Assembly: GCA_963724715.1 (NCBI GenBank)
Contig: CAVRVV010000009.1
Coordinates: 2,060,578-2,124,577 of the forward strand
DNA from: an uncultured Alphaproteobacteria bacterium
Lineage (GTDB): Bacteria > Pseudomonadota > Alphaproteobacteria > Rhizobiales > Xanthobacteraceae
Direction of reading: 5' to 3'
Length of the DNA: 64,000 nucleotides
Position numbers and translations under genes: made by a program. Below, piece after piece: positions 43,681 to 52,518 of the stretch (positions are counted from its first letter, which is position 1; the number at the start of each line of letters is the position of its first letter). Under the pieces are notes generated by a model. That model searched no databases, had not been told where the DNA came from, and saw only the letters and a program-made list of their open reading frames with translations.

Positions 43681-45231
43681 TCATCGGGGTTTGAAATTAT
43701 TCCCGTCCCGGCTCCACGAGGCCACCAAAGCGCGGCGATCGAGCTTGCCGCGTTCGGTCTTGGGCAGCGACGCGCTGATGACGATCTGCTTTGGCGCCTT
43801 GAAGGCCGGCAGCACCTTTGCGCAATAGCGCAACAGCTCGGCGGCATCGACCGGCGCGCCCGGCCGCGTCACCACGTAGCTGACCACTTCCTCGCCATAA
43901 ACCGCATCCGGCACGCCGACGGTCGCGGCTTCGATCACGTCGGCGCGCTGCATCAGATAAGAGTCGATCTCGACCGGTGAGATTTTGGCGCCGCCGCGGA
44001 TGATCTGCTCCTTTTCGCGTCCGGTGAGCATTAGGAAACCGTCGGCGTCAAGGCAGCCGAGATCGCCGGTGCGGAAGCGGCCGCGGCTGTGGATTTTGAT
44101 CGCCCCGTCGTCGCCGAGATAGCGGAACGGGTGATCGGGCCAGCCACCAAGCTCGACATAGCCGGTCTCGCCCGGCGGCAGATGCCGGCCATCGGCGTCG
44201 ACGATGGCGAGATCGTGATAGGCCAGTGGCTTCCCGACGGTGCCGAGGCGGCGCTGCTCGCCGGGAACAGCGGCAATCCAGCTCACCTCGCTGGCGCCGC
44301 AGCCTTGCGCCACGGCAATCCCGAATTTCTGCTCGAACCGCTTCCACTCTTCGACCAAGAGCGGCGCCGAACTCGATGTGATGAAGCGCAGCTTCGGCAA
44401 ATTGTCGCCATGCGCGCTTTGTTCGCTGTTGAGCAGAATATTGATCGTCGTCGGATTGCCGGCGGCGATGGTCACGCCGCGCTCGCGCAGATGCTGGAAG
44501 AAACGGCTGGCCGAGAATTTTTCGGCCAGAACCAGGGTCGCGCCGCGGTTGACGATGGTCAGCGCGCCCAAGGTCTGCGCCGAGTTCCAGCTGAACGGGC
44601 GGAAATCGTAAAGCCGGTCGGCCGCCGTGATGCCCCAGCCAGCGGCGAGCGGATCGATGTTGAGCAGATATTCGCGGAAATTCAGCACCACACCCTTGGG
44701 CTGCGCGCTGGTGCCCGAGGTGAACAGGATGATCGCGTCGTCGTCGGGCCGCGCCGCTTGCGCCGGGTCGCCCGGCACGCAACGCGCCAGTTCGGCGAAC
44801 AGCGTATCCGGCTCAGGCTTGTCCGAGCGCCCGATCCGCAAGCGCGGTGCCGACGTTGCGGCCAACAGATCGTCGAGCTGCAGGCCGGCCTGATACAGAA
44901 TGAGCTTCGGCTTGAGGCGTTCGAAAATATTGTCGAGCTGGTTGCGGTTCATCTCGACATGGATGGTGCAGAGCGTCGCGCCGTTGGCCATGACGCCAAA
45001 ATAACAGAGCAATTGCTCGATCGAATTGTTGGCAAGCAGTGCAACCCGGTCGTTCGGCCCAAGGCCGCTCTGCCGCAACAACGTGGCGAAGCGTCCGACC
45101 GTCTCGCGCAACTGGCCGTAGCTGACGCTGCGCCCATCGTCCGCCGACACGACCCATGTCTTGTCCGGCGCGGCAAGCGCGGCGCGCGCGATCCAGTCGT
45201 GCAACAGGTTTGAGCCGGCGTCTTCTGGCAT
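43681..45231 (-). CDS. AMP-dependent acyl-CoA synthetase/ligase (class I adenylate-forming enzyme)
   Basis: This is the C-terminal half of the 1068-aa ORF 43681..46887, with start taken at the ATG at 45231 (MPEDAGSNLLHDW). Motifs are AMP-binding IILFTSGTSAQPKGV, RTGDLG and KAPKQI. The upstream part of the ORF is antisense to the UbiD gene and is rejected. Confidence 0.85.
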   Translation of the reverse strand: MPEDAGSNLLHDWIARAALAAPDKTWVVSADDGRSVSYGQLRETVGRFATLLRQSGLGPNDRVALLANNSIEQLLCYFGVMANGATLCTIHVEMNRNQLDNIFERLKPKLILYQAGLQLDDLLAATSAPRLRIGRSDKPEPDTLFAELARCVPGDPAQAARPDDDAIILFTSGTSAQPKGVVLNFREYLLNIDPLAAGWGITAADRLYDFRPFSWNSAQTLGALTIVNRGATLVLAEKFSASRFFQHLRERGVTIAAGNPTTINILLNSEQSAHGDNLPKLRFITSSSAPLLVEEWKRFEQKFGIAVAQGCGASEVSWIAAVPGEQRRLGTVGKPLAYHDLAIVDADGRHLPPGETGYVELGGWPDHPFRYLGDDGAIKIHSRGRFRTGDLGCLDADGFLMLTGREKEQIIRGGAKISPVEIDSYLMQRADVIEAATVGVPDAVYGEEVVSYVVTRPGAPVDAAELLRYCAKVLPAFKAPKQIVISASLPKTERGKLDRRALVASWSRDGNNFKPR

Positions 45232-45324
45232 GATAGGATGGGTTGAGGCTAATTCCTTAGCATTATAAGCATTTCGCGGCGGCGCGAAACAAGGGTGCAA
45301 TTCATGGCGGAACAGAAGTTTATG

Positions 45325-45375
45325 CCGGATCCCAAGGGCTTCCTGCCTGATCCCAAGGGCTTCCTGCCTGATCCA
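45325..45375 (+). repeat. 21-bp perfect tandem direct repeat (2.4 copies) CC(G/T)GATCCCAAGGGCTTCCTG
   Basis: Unit 1 is 45325-45345, unit 2 is 45346-45366, and the partial unit 3 is 45367-45375, directly abutting the ATG at 45376. Confidence 0.9.
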
Positions 45376-46872
45376 ATGTCCACGCCGCTCGGCGATGGAA
45401 CTTCGAGCTCCGCCGGCTCGAATACCGCGCCGTTTCTGCCCTACCACGATTTGCGGCAATGGCTGGAAGAGGCGAAAAAGCTCGGCGAGGTGAAAGAACT
45501 CGGCGGGCTCACCTATCAGCAGGATATCGGCATGGTCGCGGAAATGTCGGCCCATGCCGACGACGCGCCGTGCTTCGTGTTCGACGACGTTCCGGGGACG
45601 CTCAAAGGCAGCCGCCTCCTGGTTAATTTCTTTGCCGGCAAGCGCAAGAACATGACGCTCGGATTTTCCACCGAGCTGTCCAAGCTCGAGCTGAGCGAGA
45701 GCTTCCGCGTCAATCACGCCGGCATGCTCAAGCGCATCCCGCCGAAATTCGTCGACACCGGTCCGGTGATGCAGAACGTCATGCAGGGCGACACGATCGA
45801 CGTCACCAAATTCCCGGCGCCGCAATGGCATCCGCAGGACGGCGGCCGCTATATCGGCACCGGCTGCTACAACATCATGCGCGATCCCGACGACGGCTGG
45901 ATCAATTGCGGCACCTACCGGGTCATGATCCACGACCAGAAATCGCTCGGCTTCTACATCTCGCCCGGCAAGCACGGCCGGGTGATGCGCGACAAATACG
46001 CCGCGCGCGGCGAGCGCATGCCGGTGGTCATCGTCTGCGGCGGCGATCCGATGAGTTTTTTGATGGGCTCGAGCGAAGTGCCGCCGGGCGTCTGCGAGCT
46101 CGACATCATCGGCGGCATGCGCGGCCAACCGGTCGAGGTGATCAAGGGCCCGATCACCGGCCTGCCGATCCCGGCCAATGCCGAGATCGCCATCGAAGGC
46201 TTTGTCGAGCCCGACAATGTGCGGCTCGAAGGCCCGTTCGGCGAATGGACTGGCTATTACGCCAGCGACCACCGGCCCGAGCCGGTGATCGACATCAAGG
46301 CGATCTATCATCGCCACGAGCCGATCCTGCTCGGCTGCGTGCCGCAGCGGCCGCCGGACGAGATCTGCCGCTACCGCGCCATCGTGCGCTCGGCGCTGTT
46401 GCGCGAGAACATCGAGAAGGCCGGCGTCCCCGGCGTCACCGCGGCCTGGGCGCACGAGGTCGGCAATGCGCGGCTGTTCCTCGCCGTCGCGGTGAAGCAG
46501 CGCTATCCGGGCCACGGCAAGCAGGCCGGCCACATCGCCGCGCAATGCCACGTCGGCGCCTATTGTGGGCGCTACGTGATCGTGGTCGACGACGACATCG
46601 ACGTCTCGAACCTCGAAGAAGTGATCTGGGCGCTGATCACGCGCTCGGATCCCGCCACCTCGATCGACATCATCCGCGGCGCCTGGTCGACGCCGCTCGA
46701 TCCGCGCATCGAGCCCGAGCGGAAAGCAGCCGGCGATTACACCAACAGCCGCGCCGTGATCGACGCCTGCCGGCCGTGGCACTGGCGCGACCAATTCCCG
46801 GCGGTCAACATGCCGTCGGCCGAGGAGCGGCGCATCGGACTGCAAAAATTCGGCCATCTGATGAAGGGCTGA
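45376..46872 (+). CDS. UbiD family (prenylated-FMN-dependent) decarboxylase
   Basis: ORF 45295..46872. The start is probably the ATG at 45376, because family N-termini begin shortly before the YHDLRQWL-type motif. Motifs include GGRYIGTG, ELDIIGGMRG and EGPFGEWTGYY. Confidence 0.85.
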   Translation: MSTPLGDGTSSSAGSNTAPFLPYHDLRQWLEEAKKLGEVKELGGLTYQQDIGMVAEMSAHADDAPCFVFDDVPGTLKGSRLLVNFFAGKRKNMTLGFSTELSKLELSESFRVNHAGMLKRIPPKFVDTGPVMQNVMQGDTIDVTKFPAPQWHPQDGGRYIGTGCYNIMRDPDDGWINCGTYRVMIHDQKSLGFYISPGKHGRVMRDKYAARGERMPVVIVCGGDPMSFLMGSSEVPPGVCELDIIGGMRGQPVEVIKGPITGLPIPANAEIAIEGFVEPDNVRLEGPFGEWTGYYASDHRPEPVIDIKAIYHRHEPILLGCVPQRPPDEICRYRAIVRSALLRENIEKAGVPGVTAAWAHEVGNARLFLAVAVKQRYPGHGKQAGHIAAQCHVGAYCGRYVIVVDDDIDVSNLEEVIWALITRSDPATSIDIIRGAWSTPLDPRIEPERKAAGDYTNSRAVIDACRPWHWRDQFPAVNMPSAEERRIGLQKFGHLMKG

Positions 46873-47001
46873 CACCGCAGCGCACAACTGCCTGCTGCCG
46901 ATTAATCTTGACGAATCAGGCCGCTAGGCGATAGCGCGTTTGCTTGGGCGGGGTCTGAGCATCTGTAAGTCGCCAGCGCATTTTCAGTTGTTTCCAGGCG
47001 G

Positions 47002-47028
47002 TTAATGGCAAGGTAACCAGCTGTTAAC
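47002..47028 (+). promoter_or_regulatory. three phased CtrA-like half-sites TTAA-N7-GTAA-N7-TTAAC
   Basis: TTAA is at 47002-47005, GTAA at 47013-47016 and TTAAC at 47024-47028, about 50 nt upstream of the coiled-coil gene start. Confidence 0.4.
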
Positions 47029-47078
47029 CATTTGCGTCGTCACGTTCGTTGTATTGGACAACAATCGACGCGCCACAG

Positions 47079-48197
47079 ATGGCACTCAACGGCAAGGCAC
47101 AAGGCAACGGTTGGCTGGATCAAGCCGCCCGTCTCGCCGTCACGCATGTGACGCCCGTAGCGAAGCGGGCGCAGTCTTCGCTGGCTGCTACCGAGACGGA
47201 ATTCGACGCGGCAGCGGACGACAGAGAAACCGTACTCGCCGAGGAACTCGAATTGACACGCGCCAGGGCGGCCGGCCTTGAACGGCGCCTGGCCCAGGAG
47301 ACGGCCGCGAAACAAACACTCGGCGAGCAATTCGAGGCGGCGGATGCGCGGACCGTCGAGCTCGAGAACGAGCTGGCCGCGGCGCACGACGAGCTCTCGC
47401 TTCGCGATAACGAAAACCAGTCGTTGCGAACCTCGCTCGATCTGGCAATGACCGAGAACGCCAGTTTGACCGAGCGCCTGGCAAAGCGCGAGGCCGCGCA
47501 GCATTCAACGGGCTCCCAGCTCGAATACCTGCAGACCGCGCTGGCGACGGCCGAAACCGAGTGCACCAGACTCTTCAGTGAAGCTCGGGATTTCCGGATC
47601 GAAGCCAGCACACTGAATGACGTTCTGGCAACGATGACATCGCGTGCCGAGGTCGCGGAGCGACTGCTCGCCGACGCGCGCGAATGCCTGACTGACCGCA
47701 TAGCGGAAAACGCCGTCACCGAGCGCAACCTCGCCGACGCCAGTGTCGCCCGGCGCGACGGCGAGCGTGACCTTCATGAACTGCAGGATTTGCTGCGCCT
47801 GAAACAATGCCAAATCAACGAGCTCGAACAGTCGCGTCTGCAGCTCATCGCGGCCACCAATACGTTGCTGAAAACCTTCCAAAACCGCGACGCGGCCCTG
47901 GTCCGCGCCGACGGGGAGATCAGGGTTCTCAACGCGCGGATTGTCGAGCTCGAGGCCAAGATCGCGCAGTTCGAGGCGCAATCGCGCCAAGCCGCCAGCC
48001 GGCGGCAAACCGCCAAAGCCCCTGCTCAATCGCAGCAAACCGTGCTCCTCCCCGCCAGCGATGACGGCGGCGAGAAGATCCGGAAGAAATGGGCGGAGCT
48101 GGCCCGCGAATTGGCCAAATTGGCGAAGCTCAAACCGCAACTGGTGACGCCGATCCAGGGCGGCTCATCGCTGCTGGCCAGCACCATCACGTTCTAA
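47079..48197 (+). CDS. coiled-coil protein, function unknown
   Basis: ORF 47049..48197 with the ATG at 47079. It has long heptad-like Glu/Leu/Ala/Arg-rich sequence throughout and no recognisable catalytic motif. Confidence 0.65.
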   Translation: MALNGKAQGNGWLDQAARLAVTHVTPVAKRAQSSLAATETEFDAAADDRETVLAEELELTRARAAGLERRLAQETAAKQTLGEQFEAADARTVELENELAAAHDELSLRDNENQSLRTSLDLAMTENASLTERLAKREAAQHSTGSQLEYLQTALATAETECTRLFSEARDFRIEASTLNDVLATMTSRAEVAERLLADARECLTDRIAENAVTERNLADASVARRDGERDLHELQDLLRLKQCQINELEQSRLQLIAATNTLLKTFQNRDAALVRADGEIRVLNARIVELEAKIAQFEAQSRQAASRRQTAKAPAQSQQTVLLPASDDGGEKIRKKWAELARELAKLAKLKPQLVTPIQGGSSLLASTITF

Positions 48198-48252
48198 TCG
48201 CTCTCCCTAATCGCTCTCCAAAAGTTTTGGCATTTGCTGTAAAGCAGTGCCG

Positions 48253-49164
48253 ATGAGCTGGAATTCCCATTGGCCCGACCTGCCGTTCGACGCCTGGAGC
48301 GAGACCTGCGACACGCTGCAATTGTGGACGCAGATCGCCGGAAAAGTGCGGCTCGCCTGCACGCCGCTCGTCAATCATTGGTGGAACTCAACCTTCCGCG
48401 TCAACGCGCGTGGCCTGGTTGCGCCGCAAAACCGCTGCGGTGACCGCACCTTCGACATCCTGTTCGATCTCGTCGACCATAAGTTGTGCGTCGCCACGAA
48501 CGACGGCCGCGTCGAGAGCTTTGCGCTCAAGCCGATGCCGGTCGCCGATTTCTATGTCGAGTTCATGGAACGGCTGCGCAGCCTCGACATCGACGTGCCG
48601 ATCTGGACAACACCGTGCGAAATCGAAAACGCGGTGCCATTCGACGAGGATCACCTCCATGCGCAATACGACCCCGAATACGTCGCGCGCTTCCATCAGG
48701 CGCTGGTGCAATCGGCCCGGGTCATGACCGAATTCCGCTCGCGCTTCATCGGCAAAGTGAGCCCGGTGCATTTCTTCTGGGGCAGTTTCGATCTCGCGGT
48801 GACGCGCTTTTCTGGCCGGACCGCGCCGCCGCCCCATGGCGTCACACCCAACGTCGCCAGCTGGGTGATGGCCGAAGCCTATTCGCATGAAGTCTCGAGT
48901 TGCGGTTTCTGGCCCGGCAACGGCGGCTACGGCCGCGCGGCATTTTATGTCTATGCCTATCCGGAGCCGGCCGGCTACGGCGACACGCCGCTGCGCACCG
49001 CGGACGCGTTCTACGACAAGGACCTCGGGCAATTCATTCTGCCCTACGAGGCAGTGCGCCACGCCCGCGATCCCGACGCGCTGCTGCTCGGCTTCCTGCA
49101 GGACACCTACGAAGGCGCCGCCGATCTGGCGCAGTGGGATCGCGAGGCGCTGGAGCGCAGTTGA
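48253..49164 (+). CDS. DUF5996 family protein
   Basis: ORF 48247..49164 with the ATG at 48253. The text WPDLPFDAWSETCDTLQLWTQIAGKVRLA and VHFFWGSFDLAVTRFSG is typical of this family from memory. Confidence 0.75.
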   Translation: MSWNSHWPDLPFDAWSETCDTLQLWTQIAGKVRLACTPLVNHWWNSTFRVNARGLVAPQNRCGDRTFDILFDLVDHKLCVATNDGRVESFALKPMPVADFYVEFMERLRSLDIDVPIWTTPCEIENAVPFDEDHLHAQYDPEYVARFHQALVQSARVMTEFRSRFIGKVSPVHFFWGSFDLAVTRFSGRTAPPPHGVTPNVASWVMAEAYSHEVSSCGFWPGNGGYGRAAFYVYAYPEPAGYGDTPLRTADAFYDKDLGQFILPYEAVRHARDPDALLLGFLQDTYEGAADLAQWDREALERS

Positions 49165-49168
49165 TCGC

Positions 49169-50053
49169 CTACGCCGCCGCGGCGGCTTGCGCCTTCTTGT
49201 CCAGCACAAAATCGTAATGCACGACGTAGAACGGCTCGTTCATCAACTCGCCGCTCGGCGTCTTGCTGCCGGCCGGCATCTTCTGAAAGTCGACGATCAG
49301 CGGCTCTTTCACGCCATAGACCGCGTCGTGCTCGATCCACTTGTCGCCGGACTGGAACAGATGGGTCACCAGGCCGTGATAGCCGGGCGCATCGAGGGCG
49401 AAGTGAATATGCGCCGGCCGCATGTGGCTCAGATTGGTGCGGTTCATCAGCTCGCCGATCGTGCCGTCCATCGGGATGGTGTAGGCGATCGGCGCCACGG
49501 TGCGGATCAGATAGGAGCCGTCGGGCTGCGAGCGATAAAGCCCGCGCATCCACGGGCCTTCGATCTCCGGACGCTGCGCCTCGTAGAGCCCATCACCGTC
49601 GGTCTGCCACAAATCGAGCACCGCGCCGGAAACCGGCTCGCCCTTGACGCCGTGCACCGTGCCGGTGACGAAGCAGGCGATGCCGGGCGCGTTGACCGCC
49701 ATGTTGCCGCCGTTGGCGACAGCCGGCGCATCGGGCACGTGGAACGGGCCTTCGACCGTGCTCGGCGTCGCGCCGTTCGATTGCCGGTGATTGATGGCGT
49801 CGACCAGCATGCTGATGCCGAGAACGTCCGACATCAGGATGAATTCCTGGCGCTTGTCGTCGCACATCTGTCCGGTGCGGGTGAGGAAATCGATCGCAGT
49901 CGCCCATTCCGCCTGCGTCGGCTCGATCTCGCGCACGAAGGCATGAGCGTGCTTCACCAACGCGGTCATCACCTGCTTGAGCCGCGCATCGGGGATATCG
50001 CTCCAGCGCTCGCGCACGACGTCGGTCAAAGTCTGTTCCGTCACATAAGGCAT
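49169..50053 (-). CDS. intradiol ring-cleavage dioxygenase (hydroxyquinol/catechol 1,2-dioxygenase type)
   Basis: ORF 49169..50080 trimmed to the ATG at 50053, which has a GAGGAG SD. Motifs are STVEGPFH, LDLWQTDGDGLY and RPAHIHF. Confidence 0.85.
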   Translation of the reverse strand: MPYVTEQTLTDVVRERWSDIPDARLKQVMTALVKHAHAFVREIEPTQAEWATAIDFLTRTGQMCDDKRQEFILMSDVLGISMLVDAINHRQSNGATPSTVEGPFHVPDAPAVANGGNMAVNAPGIACFVTGTVHGVKGEPVSGAVLDLWQTDGDGLYEAQRPEIEGPWMRGLYRSQPDGSYLIRTVAPIAYTIPMDGTIGELMNRTNLSHMRPAHIHFALDAPGYHGLVTHLFQSGDKWIEHDAVYGVKEPLIVDFQKMPAGSKTPSGELMNEPFYVVHYDFVLDKKAQAAAAA

Positions 50054-50089
50054 GGTCGTCTCCTCGGAATGCCTAAACACGTTTTAGTG

Positions 50090-50139
50090 GAGCATGATCT
50101 TTTTCGGAAAACCGGTTTCCACTTTTCCGGATCATGCTC
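50090..50139. repeat. REP/MITE-like element, family C, short copy
   Basis: GAGCATGATCTTTTTCGGAAAACCGGTTTCCACTTTTCCGGATCATGCTC has perfect 10-bp termini. It overlaps the stop codon of the MetE-like gene. Confidence 0.7.
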
Positions 50140-51160
50140 TGCCGGCGATCTCGCGCCGCACGATGGCGGTGCCTTCGGCCATGGCCTTCATCTTACCAAA
50201 AGCGACGGCGCGCGGCAGGTATTTCATGCCGCAATCGGGCGCCACCACCACCCGATCTGCCGGGACGTGGGCCAGCGCCCGCCGAATGCGCTCGGCCACG
50301 GTCGCCGGCGTCTCGACCGTCATGTCGGACAGGTCGATGACGCCCAGAATAATGGTTTTCGACGGCAGTTCCCGCAAGATGGCGAGATCGAGCTTGGGCT
50401 GCGCCGCTTCGACCGAAATCTGCTGGGCCTTGGAGCCCTCGAGCTCGGCCAGGAACGAATAGCCCGACGGCTTGTCGTGCACCACCGCCGCATAGCCGAA
50501 GCACAGGTGCACGGCGACGGTACCTTTGACGCCGTCGAGCGCGCGGTCGAGCGCCTTGAGGCCGTATTGCCGGGCCTTGTCCGGATGCTGCTGCATCCAC
50601 GGCTCGTCGATCTGCACCACGTCGGCGCCGGCTGCGAACAAATCCTTGATCTCGGCATTGACGGCGTCGGCATAAGCCAGCGCCACCGCTTCCTCGTCCT
50701 TGTAGTAGTCGTCCTGCGCCTGCTTGCCCATGGTGAACGGGCCCGGCACGGTCGCCTTGATGGCGCGGTCGGTATTGGCGCGCAGCACTTTGAGATCGCG
50801 CAGCTCGACCGGATGCTTGCGCCGGATCGGGCCGACCACCCGCGGCACCGGGATCGGCCGGCCGCTGCGGTTGATCGTGGTGCCGGGCTTGTCGGTGTCG
50901 ATGCCTTCGAGCGCGGTGGCGAAGCGGTTGGAATAGCTTTCGCGCCGTTGCTCGCCGTCGGTGACGATGTCGAGCCCGGCGCGCTCCTGATCACGAATGG
51001 CCAAGATGGTGGCGTCGTCCTGCGCCGCTTCGAGCTTGTCGCGGGCAACGAGCCACAGATCGTCGGCGCGCACCCGCGGCACCTGCTTCGACAGCTTGTC
51101 GCGGTCGATCAGCCAATCCGGTTGCGGATAGGAACCGACAAGAGAGGTAGGCAGGAGCAT
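50132..51160 (-). CDS. cobalamin-independent methionine synthase (MetE C-terminal domain)-like family protein
   Basis: ORF 50132..51193 trimmed to the ATG at 51160 (MLLPTSLVGSYPQPDWL). It reads VQIDEPW, HLCFGY and APDCGM. Confidence 0.82.
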   Translation of the reverse strand: MLLPTSLVGSYPQPDWLIDRDKLSKQVPRVRADDLWLVARDKLEAAQDDATILAIRDQERAGLDIVTDGEQRRESYSNRFATALEGIDTDKPGTTINRSGRPIPVPRVVGPIRRKHPVELRDLKVLRANTDRAIKATVPGPFTMGKQAQDDYYKDEEAVALAYADAVNAEIKDLFAAGADVVQIDEPWMQQHPDKARQYGLKALDRALDGVKGTVAVHLCFGYAAVVHDKPSGYSFLAELEGSKAQQISVEAAQPKLDLAILRELPSKTIILGVIDLSDMTVETPATVAERIRRALAHVPADRVVVAPDCGMKYLPRAVAFGKMKAMAEGTAIVRREIAGRA

Positions 51161-51193
51161 TTCAGGTCCCTTCGTTCCTGCCCCGATTTCCAT

Positions 51194-51216
51194 CCTCCCC
51201 CGAAAACCGGGGGAGG
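51194..51216. other. solo GC-rich hairpin CCTCCCCCG-AAAAC-CGGGGGAGG between two minus-strand genes
   Basis: Read directly. The stem sequence is the same as the family A hairpins. No U-tract follows on the transcribed strand, so it is not a canonical terminator. Confidence 0.5.
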
Positions 51217-51237
51217 ATATTCGTCAGATGACGGCAG

Positions 51238-52518
51238 TTACTTCTGCGCCTTTTCGTAAGGATAGATCACGCTGCCGGTCTTCTCGTCGGCCGGCGTGAG
51301 CACCGTCTGGTAGCTCATGCCACGCCAGGTATCGAGGTTCGCGGCGTCGGTGAGGTCGTGATACTGGACCTGCATCATCCCGGACTTGGTCCACTCACCG
51401 TTTTTGCCGAACCGGATGCCGGACGCCATGATGGTGTTGAACTCATGGCCGCGCAGGTAGTCGGCGAGCTTGGCGTCGTCGATGCTTTTCGCGCCGGTGA
51501 TGGCGTCGGCCAGCACCTGCAGATAGGCATAGCCCCAGCCGCCGAGGTAATAGCCGAGCGGATCGACGCCTTCGGCCTTGGCGCGGTCCTGGTACTTCTT
51601 GAAGAAGTCCGCGGCCGGCGCCAACAACTTCGGCGACGGCACCCAGGTCTCATAGTTGATGACACCGTTGAGCTTGCCCTTGAGCTTGTCCTTGAACACG
51701 GTGGCCTGCAGGCCGACCATGGCGCCGCCGATCATCTTCGGCTTGAAGCCCAGCTCGTTGGCCGAGAGCAGCATGCCGACGGAGCTCAGCGGATACGAGC
51801 AGATGATCACGAGGTCCGGATTCGTCGCCTGTATGGAGCGGACGATCGGCGAGAAGTCGGTCGTGTTCGGCGGATAGGTTTTATCGTAGACGGTCTTGAG
51901 GCCGAATTTCTTGATGTTGTTGCGCGCGCCTTCGCAGGCGTTGCGCGAGAACTCGGCGTCCTCGGCGGCGAGCGCGATGGTTTGCGGCTTCGGATTTTGC
52001 GCGGCGGCAATCTGGAAGAAGCCCTCGGTGAAGGATTCCTTCGGCGTCGGGCCCGACGGCAGCATCGAGAAATATTTCGGATAGTTGAATTCGCCGTTGG
52101 CATCGAGCGCGAACAGGCCGATGAAGGTCTTGTTCTTCTGCATCACCACCGGAATGGCCGGCGCCACCATGTTGGTCGCATAGGGACCGACGACGAGGTC
52201 GACTTTGTCGACGTCGAGCAGCTTTGTGTAGATGCCAGGCACCGTCGCTGGATTAGATTGATCGTCGTAATAGACCAGCTGGACCGGCCGGCCGAGCAGG
52301 CCGCCCTTGGCGTTGACTTCCTCTTCCCAGATCTTGGCGCCGAGCAACGCCTGCTTGCCGTTGGCGGCGAGCGGGCCGGTCAGCGCCATGCTGAAGCCGA
52401 TCTTGATCGGGTCCTTGGTCTGCGCCGACGCCGGCAACGGCGCCGCGGCCAGGCCCGTCGCAAGCAGTACGGCGCCGAAGGCGCGGGCTACGCCGCGGCG
52501 CGAAACGTGATCGATCAT
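51238..52518 (-). CDS. ABC transporter substrate-binding protein (LivK/branched-chain amino acid type)
   Basis: ORF 51238..52716 trimmed to the ATG at 52518, which has a GGAGGAAG SD. A signal peptide is followed by IKIGFSMALTGPLAANGKQ and DLVVGPYATN. Confidence 0.85.
   Translation of the reverse strand: MIDHVSRRGVARAFGAVLLATGLAAAPLPASAQTKDPIKIGFSMALTGPLAANGKQALLGAKIWEEEVNAKGGLLGRPVQLVYYDDQSNPATVPGIYTKLLDVDKVDLVVGPYATNMVAPAIPVVMQKNKTFIGLFALDANGEFNYPKYFSMLPSGPTPKESFTEGFFQIAAAQNPKPQTIALAAEDAEFSRNACEGARNNIKKFGLKTVYDKTYPPNTTDFSPIVRSIQATNPDLVIICSYPLSSVGMLLSANELGFKPKMIGGAMVGLQATVFKDKLKGKLNGVINYETWVPSPKLLAPAADFFKKYQDRAKAEGVDPLGYYLGGWGYAYLQVLADAITGAKSIDDAKLADYLRGHEFNTIMASGIRFGKNGEWTKSGMMQVQYHDLTDAANLDTWRGMSYQTVLTPADEKTGSVIYPYEKAQK

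Noticed and set aside
45232-46887. The N-terminal 550 codons of the 1068-aa minus-strand ORF 43681..46887.
   Set aside because: This part is antisense to the UbiD-family gene and has low-complexity composition. The acyl-CoA synthetase domain begins at the ATG at 45231, giving a normal 516-aa enzyme.
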